From NCBI GenBank assembly GCA_035561235.1, contig DATMXZ010000186.1, forward strand, positions 1 to 19,674: a DNA stretch of 19,674 nt. Direction: 5' to 3'. Position numbers and translations under genes: made by a program. The first letter of the stretch is position 1. Each line of letters opens with the position of its first letter. This stretch comes from Ignavibacteria bacterium (lineage in GTDB: Bacteria > Bacteroidota > Ignavibacteria > Tepidaquicellales > Tepidaquicellaceae). The notes under the pieces are model-generated. The model was not told where the DNA came from. It saw only the letters and a list, made by a program, of their open reading frames with translations, and ran no database searches. Of the stretch, positions 13,957 to 19,674 are shown piece after piece.

Positions 13957-15014
13957 TTTCTCACCGTCCTGTTATATTCGCGCGGGTCAAGGGCGTCCCT
14001 TACGGCTTCGCCGATAAAAACAACCATAAGCAGGGTAAGAAACTGCGCCGCAAGAGGAAACACCGACAGCCACCAGTAATGCAAGTTTCCCATTCCCTGA
14101 TTAATCATCTCGCCCCAACTCGGTGTTGGCGGCGGAAGTCCGAAGCCCAAAAAGTCAAGGCTAACGAGCGACATAATATTCGCGACTACGGCGAAAGGCG
14201 CGAAAGAAATAACAGGTGTCAGGGAATTTGGAATTATGTGTCTGAATATAATGCTGCTGCCATTTGCGCCTGATGAAAACGCCGCAAGGGCGTAGTCTTT
14301 TCCCTTTTCGCGGTACACCTCGCCCCTCACGTAATAAGTAATTCCCGTCCAACTGAAAAGCGTCATAATAACGCAGAGTATGAAAAAGTCAGGACGCAGG
14401 ACCGAACTTAAAATCATTATTATGAAGAGAAGAGGCAGGGTTGACCATATTTCAATTACGCGCTGACCGAACGCGTCCGTTTTCCCGCCGAAATAGCCCA
14501 GCACGGCTCCCGCGGCTGTTCCGATTAAGAAAGAGAGCATTGCTATGACGAGTGAGAACGAAATCGAAATGTTGAATCCGTAAGCGAGCCTCGCGAGAAC
14601 ATCCCTCGCCCTGTCATCCGTGCCGAGCCAGTGCGAGAAAGACGGAGGATGCGGCGGAGTTCCCCGTGTCTCATCAAGGAGATTTTCGTTCGGTCCGTAA
14701 GGATAGAGAGGCATAAGAACATAATTATTTCCGCCCTCTTCGCTGAATTTTATTTTAAGAAGCCTGTAATTCGCCTCGCCAAATAATTTCTGTCCGAACG
14801 TTTCGGCGGAATAGTGTTTGAACAGTGGAACGTAATATTGACCGTTGTACCTTACGAGCAGGGCGTCGCGTCCGATGAAGACCGGAAGAACAAATGAAAA
14901 TAAATACAGAGCGGCGAGAAGGATAAAAGAGTAATAACCCCGTTTGAGATTTTTAAACTTATTCCACCGCCTGCGGAACGTTGTATTTTTTATTTCTCTG
15001 CTCTTTAGTTTCAT
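13953..15014 (-). CDS. yejE: Peptide ABC transporter permease, YejE-like
   Basis: 353-aa ORF. Blocks LLVRYNGQYYVPLFKHYSAETFG, WLGTDDRARDVLARL, LDFLGFGLPPPTPSWGE and FIGEAVRDALDP parallel E. coli YejE as I recall it. Six TM helices are typical of the BPD_transp_1 family. Confidence 0.85.
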   Translation of the reverse strand: MKLKSREIKNTTFRRRWNKFKNLKRGYYSFILLAALYLFSFVLPVFIGRDALLVRYNGQYYVPLFKHYSAETFGQKLFGEANYRLLKIKFSEEGGNNYVLMPLYPYGPNENLLDETRGTPPHPPSFSHWLGTDDRARDVLARLAYGFNISISFSLVIAMLSFLIGTAAGAVLGYFGGKTDAFGQRVIEIWSTLPLLFIIMILSSVLRPDFFILCVIMTLFSWTGITYYVRGEVYREKGKDYALAAFSSGANGSSIIFRHIIPNSLTPVISFAPFAVVANIMSLVSLDFLGFGLPPPTPSWGEMINQGMGNLHYWWLSVFPLAAQFLTLLMVVFIGEAVRDALDPREYNRTVRK

Positions 15015-15015
15015 T

Positions 15016-16056
15016 TCATTTGTACTTTACGCGCGGGTCAACCGCGGCGTATAAAATATCAGTGAGTATATTTCCCGTAAGCAGAATCAGGCTTTGAAAA
15101 ACAAGCAGACCCATTACAACGGGATAATCCCTGTTTATCATCGAGTCATACGCGAGAAGTCCGATTCCCGGAATGTTAAAAACTTTTTCAATAAGTATGC
15201 TTCCTGTCAGCAGTATGCCGAAAAAATATCCCAGACCTGTAACAACGGGAATGAGAGAGTTCCTCAGGGCGTGAACGAAGACAACACGTTTTTCCGAAAG
15301 CCCTTTCGCGTAAGCGGTTCTGATATAATCCTGATTAAGGCTGTCAACGACGGAATTTTTTGTCAGGATGGTAAGGGTGGCGAAACTGCCAATCAGATAA
15401 GATAAGACGGGAAGCACGGTATGTTTAATCCTGTCGAAAACCTGTCCGAAAAAAGAAAGGTTATCGAAATCATCGGAATTAAACCCGCCCAACGGAAAGA
15501 CATTGAGAAAACTTCCTCCTCCAAGCAGTACGAGAAGCAGCGCGCCGAATGCCCAGCCCGGAACAGAATATCCGAGGAAAACGAGCACGGAGGAAAAGAA
15601 GTCAAAGCGAGTGCCGCTTCGCGCGGCTTTCATAACTCCGAGGGGAACGCACACAGCGTACGTGAGTATGAATCCTATTAGTCCGAAATAAACCGATACG
15701 GGAAACCGGGAAGCGATAACATCGATGACGGGTTCGGAATAAACATAAGATTTGCCGAAGTTAAATCCCGCAAGGTTCTTCAGCCAGTCGAAGTACCTCG
15801 TTATTACGGGCTTGTCAAAACCGTAGAACTCTTTCATTTCCCTGAGCGCGGATTCGGGTATGTTCGATATTCCCGTTCTGCCCGTTACGGCGTTTTGAAT
15901 TTCGGAGGTGTTTGAGTTGCTTCCCGACTGCAGTCTCATCAGGTATTGCTCCATCGGTCCCCCCGGCACGAACTGAAGTATAAGAAACGTGACGAGAGTA
16001 ATTCCAATAAAAGTTGGAACTATGAGCAATATTCTTCTGATGAAATATCTTAGCAA
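15016..16056 (-). CDS. yejB: Peptide ABC transporter permease, YejB-like
   Basis: 346-aa ORF with a TTG start. Blocks MLRYFIRRILLIVPTF, FVPGGP, a long insert ending YGFDKPV, then GGGSFLNVFPLGGF..DDFDNL, LTKNS, TAYAKGLSEKRV and NRDYPVVMG parallel E. coli YejB. Confidence 0.85.
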   Translation of the reverse strand: MLRYFIRRILLIVPTFIGITLVTFLILQFVPGGPMEQYLMRLQSGSNSNTSEIQNAVTGRTGISNIPESALREMKEFYGFDKPVITRYFDWLKNLAGFNFGKSYVYSEPVIDVIASRFPVSVYFGLIGFILTYAVCVPLGVMKAARSGTRFDFFSSVLVFLGYSVPGWAFGALLLVLLGGGSFLNVFPLGGFNSDDFDNLSFFGQVFDRIKHTVLPVLSYLIGSFATLTILTKNSVVDSLNQDYIRTAYAKGLSEKRVVFVHALRNSLIPVVTGLGYFFGILLTGSILIEKVFNIPGIGLLAYDSMINRDYPVVMGLLVFQSLILLTGNILTDILYAAVDPRVKYK

Positions 16057-16086
16057 AGCAAATCCGTTTTCATATTCTCAAACTTC

Positions 16087-17991
16087 TTACTTTTTATATA
16101 TGTTAATCCAGTAAGTGTTGTCGGTTTCTCCCAGCGGCATTGTTTTACCCGCGTCCTTAAGCGCTTCATCATACTCGTAGGCGGTTTCGGGATCGTTATA
16201 CCAGAGCGTGGGAATAGATTCGGTGAATTTTGTCCTGTCGAGAATTCCCACGGGATACCCGAATTTATTATGAAATACTATTCTCTGATACGGCGCGTAC
16301 CACATCAGTATATAACCGTGGAAGTTTGCAAGAATACTGTCGATTTCCCGTACGATTTTAATTCTTTCTTTTTTATCGAAAGCAACGTTATACTTATCGC
16401 AGAGTTCGTCAATTTTTTTATCTTTGATGCCGCTCCAGTTGGTCGTATTGGGTTCATCTGCGAGATTGGATTTCGCGAAACTTTCGGGATTAGGGATTTC
16501 AAGTCCGACCCAGTTTATTACAATAAGAGAAAAGTTTCTTTCATTGCCGAGTTTGAACGAAGTAGCGGCGTCGGTTTCCTTAAGGTTAAGTTTGATTCCC
16601 GCTTTTTTCAAATCTTCCTGATAAATTGTCAGATACCTGTCCATTCCTTTTTGAAACGGAAGGTCGATTTCGAACACCTTACCGTTTCTCACGAGATATC
16701 CTTCGGGATTTTTGTCTTTCCAACCCGCTTCTTCGAGAAGCATTTTCGCTGAATCGAGATTAAATCCCGTAACCGGATTTGATTTATTCTCGTACTCCGA
16801 GCCCTGAAAGTAGGAGGTTATGGGAGAATACGAATTAAAAAATAATTTTTCATTGAACTGGTTTCTGTTGAAAGCGTAAGCGAGAGCTTTCCTGACGCGA
16901 ACGTCGTCAAACGGTTTTATCCGCGTGTTTATGCAGATTCCCTGCACGCCGCCGGGCAAAAAATTATACACTCTTCTTTTTAAGATGAGCCCCCTCTGCA
17001 CCTCTTCGAAATTATATTTATCCTGCCAGACGGACGACCTCAGAACGGGGAGCATATCAATTTCTCCCTTCTTAAATTTTTCGTACTCAAGGGATTCGTC
17101 CTTCAAAAAAATGAATTTCACAACATCAAAATTGTACATTCCCATTGCGAAGCGTTCTTTTTCACCCCAGTAATCGCTTCTTCTCCGGGCTGTTATCGAT
17201 TGCTCCTTGACTATGTCCTCTTCTTTAATCAGATACGGACCGCTTCCGGGAATATACTTGAACTGATATTTTTCAAGAAAGTCCCTGCCGCTCAATCCGC
17301 CTATATAATGAGCGGGAAGAATTTCCAATCCCTGTGTGAAATAGTAAAACTGCCGCCAGTTATTCTCTTTCGATTTCACTGACACGATGTACTTACTTTC
17401 GGCGACAGGCTGTTCGAAGGTATTCATCAGGATATTTACGTACGGGTCGAGAATTCCCTCGTCCGTCAAAAGTTTCCAGGTCGCGATTACGTCTTCCGAG
17501 GTCACGGGTTTTCCGTCAGCCCACCTCGCATCGGGATTTATCCTGAACCTGAAGGTTGTTTTGTCGTCGGAAATTTTCCAGTGCGTCGCGAGTCTTGGGA
17601 TGTAATCGCCCGTGACGGGGTCCTGTCCGAGGAGGGTTTCGTACAAAAGATTTTTTGAAACGCTCGTAAACTCCGTATTGTTATCCTTGCCGAATATCCT
17701 CAGTGTAGGGGGATAATCTTTCACGGACATTGCGAATGCTCCGCCTTTTACCGCTTTCGGATTTCCCGCAACGCTGTAGTCTTTTCTTGTTTCCCATCCG
17801 TCTCCCTTAAAACCCGCGCCGCCCGCTTCGGCTGAAATTTCGGGGTCTGCACCGGGAGGGGTATTGAATTGTTTAATTGAAACAGGGGAAGTGTCGAAAA
17901 TCTTTACCGGCTTTGACTTTCCGCAGCCCGATATGAATAAAAAGGAAAACAAAACCGCGGAAAGCAATAAAACGTCTTTTCTGAAAACCAT
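16087..17991 (-). CDS. yejA: Family-5 extracellular solute-binding lipoprotein, YejA-like (peptide ABC importer)
   Basis: The ORF track extends to TTG 18012. I prefer ATG 17991 because MVFRKDVLLLSAVLFSFLFISGC is a textbook lipoprotein signal peptide with a lipobox. The size of about 630 aa and its position as first gene of the permease/ATPase operon fit YejA-type SBP_bac_5 proteins. Confidence 0.85.
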   Translation of the reverse strand: MVFRKDVLLLSAVLFSFLFISGCGKSKPVKIFDTSPVSIKQFNTPPGADPEISAEAGGAGFKGDGWETRKDYSVAGNPKAVKGGAFAMSVKDYPPTLRIFGKDNNTEFTSVSKNLLYETLLGQDPVTGDYIPRLATHWKISDDKTTFRFRINPDARWADGKPVTSEDVIATWKLLTDEGILDPYVNILMNTFEQPVAESKYIVSVKSKENNWRQFYYFTQGLEILPAHYIGGLSGRDFLEKYQFKYIPGSGPYLIKEEDIVKEQSITARRRSDYWGEKERFAMGMYNFDVVKFIFLKDESLEYEKFKKGEIDMLPVLRSSVWQDKYNFEEVQRGLILKRRVYNFLPGGVQGICINTRIKPFDDVRVRKALAYAFNRNQFNEKLFFNSYSPITSYFQGSEYENKSNPVTGFNLDSAKMLLEEAGWKDKNPEGYLVRNGKVFEIDLPFQKGMDRYLTIYQEDLKKAGIKLNLKETDAATSFKLGNERNFSLIVINWVGLEIPNPESFAKSNLADEPNTTNWSGIKDKKIDELCDKYNVAFDKKERIKIVREIDSILANFHGYILMWYAPYQRIVFHNKFGYPVGILDRTKFTESIPTLWYNDPETAYEYDEALKDAGKTMPLGETDNTYWINIYKK

Positions 17992-18088
17992 AAGGATTAA
18001 ATTATGTTGCAATAAAATATTATAAATATTTAATAATATCCATTCTATTTAATCATAATCCCGTATGGAACCGCTACACAGAATAAAG

Positions 18089-18119
18089 AAAAAAAAACGG
18101 AGCGGAAATCCGCCCCGTT
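18089..18119 (-). terminator. Rho-independent terminator of the 502-aa orphan gene
   Basis: On the minus strand, aacggggcgg-attt-ccgctccgtt (9 bp plus one A/C mismatch), followed directly by a run of about 9 U (A-run 18089..18097 on the plus strand). It lies 22 nt after the stop at 18142. Confidence 0.8.
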
Positions 18120-18141
18120 CATATTAAGAAGAAATACTTCT

Positions 18142-19650
18142 TTATTGCGCTTTTCTGATTTTTTCCTGTTGTTTCGCGAGAAGTCCGGTCTTTTCTATTA
18201 ACCACGCTTTATGCATAACGTCCTTTTCGCGCAGAAGTTTATCGTGCAGAAAATCCGCAGGGGGCTGCTGTTTTTTAGAAAGGCTTGACTTCAGCATTCT
18301 GTTGTAATACTTCAGGAATCTGATGTATGAATTTTTTGTATCCTTGTTGAGCATCTTGTCATATCTGATGACTGATTCGTAATTATGGAGAATGCTCCTT
18401 GCGGGATCGAATTCGCCTAATTCATAGAAGCAGAACAACTGATAGAATTTCAGGTCGTACTTGTAGATGAACACGTCGAGATTCACCTTGTTCGCATATT
18501 CCACGGATTCCCTGTAATTGCCCGTTTTGTAACTGAGCAGCGCATTGCAGTAATTGTACATATTTTGCGCGTGGGTCGGGTTCAGGTTGTAACTGTATTT
18601 TTCTATGAACTGTTTTGACCATCCGTATTCCTGCAAGGCGAACGCGTTCAGGAGCACAGCGCGGAACAGCGTATCGGACAGGTATTCTGTCTTGTCGGTC
18701 TTGAAAAGTTGGTTTTCGAGGTAACTCTTATACAGGTTGTAGAGTTCTTTTCTGTAGTAATCGACATTCTTGTCTTCATTAATTCTGCCTATGCAGAAAG
18801 AAATAAGGCGCGTGTAGAGGAACGCGAGTTCGCTCTTGCACATTTTGTTATAATGCGTTTCGACAATCGACTTGAAACTCTTGTAGTTTTCCGTTTTCGA
18901 GGGTTCGGCGTACATCTTTAGTAGTTTGATGTAGATGTCGAGCACGTAATCGTACTTGTAATTTCCTTTAAACTCGGAAAGAATTTTCTCGAGGTTAAAC
19001 GTCGCGAGGATTGACTTCGGAAGATTTTTGTCTCTTTGAAGATTAAATCCCGCCTGATACTCGAAAGCGTTCAGGTAATAGCAAATCATGTCGGTAATAT
19101 AATAGAGCGTGAGGTTTTGCGTCGCGCTGTCTATTATTTTAACCTGTTTCTTAATGCTCGTCGGGCGGTTCAGTTTGCCCGTAATGGCTTTATAGTTGAA
19201 CAGGTTGGTATAGAACCTGTACAATTGAAAAACATTATCCTGCGCGTAAGTTTTATCTTTTTCCACCTGGGCGTTCATTATCTTGCTGTGGCGCATGAAG
19301 AGCGCGTTCAGGTTGCGTTTTCTGAGTTCATCGAGAAAAAGATTGTTGCTCGCGAAATGATTTATTTCGACGCTTTTTTGTTTTACAAAATTCTGAATCT
19401 GCTGAGTAAGGTATGAAATCAACACAATAAAAGAGGAACGGATGATTTTGCATTTTTCACGCACTTCGTCGAATATCTCGTCTTCACTGCGCTCCGCGTC
19501 AAATTTCGGATAATATTTCAGCAACTCCTCATAAATGTCTATCAAGACTCTTCTTGAGTTGAAGTAAGGCGAGTTCAGGTATCTTTTCAATTCCCTGAGT
19601 TCCTTCTTAGAAAAAGTCCTAAGAAGATCGAAGATTACTCTTTTTTTCAT
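18142..19650 (-). CDS. Hypothetical all-alpha (TPR-like?) cytoplasmic protein of unknown function
   Basis: A 502-aa uninterrupted ORF with an ATG start. It is rich in K/E/Y/N/L and has no TM segment or signal peptide. The N-terminus is FDLLRTFSKKELRELKRYLNSPYFNSRRVLIDIYEELLKYY. I recognise no catalytic motif. The gene has its own terminator and is more AT-rich than its neighbours. Confidence 0.7.
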   Translation of the reverse strand: MKKRVIFDLLRTFSKKELRELKRYLNSPYFNSRRVLIDIYEELLKYYPKFDAERSEDEIFDEVREKCKIIRSSFIVLISYLTQQIQNFVKQKSVEINHFASNNLFLDELRKRNLNALFMRHSKIMNAQVEKDKTYAQDNVFQLYRFYTNLFNYKAITGKLNRPTSIKKQVKIIDSATQNLTLYYITDMICYYLNAFEYQAGFNLQRDKNLPKSILATFNLEKILSEFKGNYKYDYVLDIYIKLLKMYAEPSKTENYKSFKSIVETHYNKMCKSELAFLYTRLISFCIGRINEDKNVDYYRKELYNLYKSYLENQLFKTDKTEYLSDTLFRAVLLNAFALQEYGWSKQFIEKYSYNLNPTHAQNMYNYCNALLSYKTGNYRESVEYANKVNLDVFIYKYDLKFYQLFCFYELGEFDPARSILHNYESVIRYDKMLNKDTKNSYIRFLKYYNRMLKSSLSKKQQPPADFLHDKLLREKDVMHKAWLIEKTGLLAKQQEKIRKAQ

Positions 19651-19674
19651 GGCGGTTTTGTTAATTAAAATGTA

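Noticed and set aside
17992-18012. TTG-initiated 7-codon extension of the YejA-like ORF
   Set aside because: The internal ATG at 17991 yields a canonical lipoprotein signal peptide (MVFRKD...FISGC). The extension MQHNLIL adds nothing and uses a rare start codon.
1-19674. Scan for mobile elements, defence systems, CRISPR arrays, toxin-antitoxin pairs and prophage genes
   Set aside because: I saw no transposase, integrase or recombinase motifs, no terminal inverted repeats bracketing a segment, no regularly spaced repeats, and no small paired ORFs of toxin-antitoxin type. Apart from the AT-rich orphan at the right edge, the window looks like core chromosome.

Overview
This window reads as ordinary chromosome from an anaerobe-like bacterium. 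I see no rRNA or tRNA genes, CRISPR arrays, transposases or integrases. All family calls come from motif recognition in the translated ORFs, since I could run no BLAST or HMM search. Gene order, left to right: (1) A minus-strand operon at 1-3800 encodes an octahaem c-type cytochrome, a dihaem-type cytochrome b, a half-size YeeE/YedE sulfur-transport protein, and a second YeeE/YedE protein fused to a rhodanese-like domain. That last gene runs off the window and is missing from the ORF track. (2) A 466-bp ORF-free AT-rich spacer (3801-4266) carries promoter-like hexamers, nested palindromes and one GC-rich hairpin. (3) A minus-strand cluster (4267-6420) encodes pyruvoyl arginine decarboxylase, an Mrp/NBP35 Fe-S carrier ATPase, a DUF134 protein with a Cys4 ribbon, and a NifX/NifB-like small protein. 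(4) A divergent promoter region contains a perfect 32-bp palindrome (6523-6554). (5) A plus-strand run (6615-10780) encodes a cysteine synthase/cystathionine beta-synthase-like enzyme, a Cys/Met gamma-lyase family enzyme, a second NifX-like protein with a His-rich tail, a SAM methyltransferase and an archaeal-type peroxiredoxin. It ends in a bidirectional terminator. (6) On the minus strand lie an LVIVD-repeat lipoprotein, a five-gene YejABEF-type peptide ABC importer with split ATPases, and an AT-rich 502-aa all-helical orphan with its own terminator. The best candidate for something undescribed is the octahaem c / cytochrome b / split YeeE / catalytically dead rhodanese operon. It looks like a quinol-linked periplasmic sulfur-oxyanion reductase joined to a thiosulfate-type importer. 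Next most interesting are the Mrp-DUF134-NifX-like metallocluster module, which has no nitrogenase genes nearby, and the 32-bp operator-like palindrome with a GAAC-N4-GTTC core.
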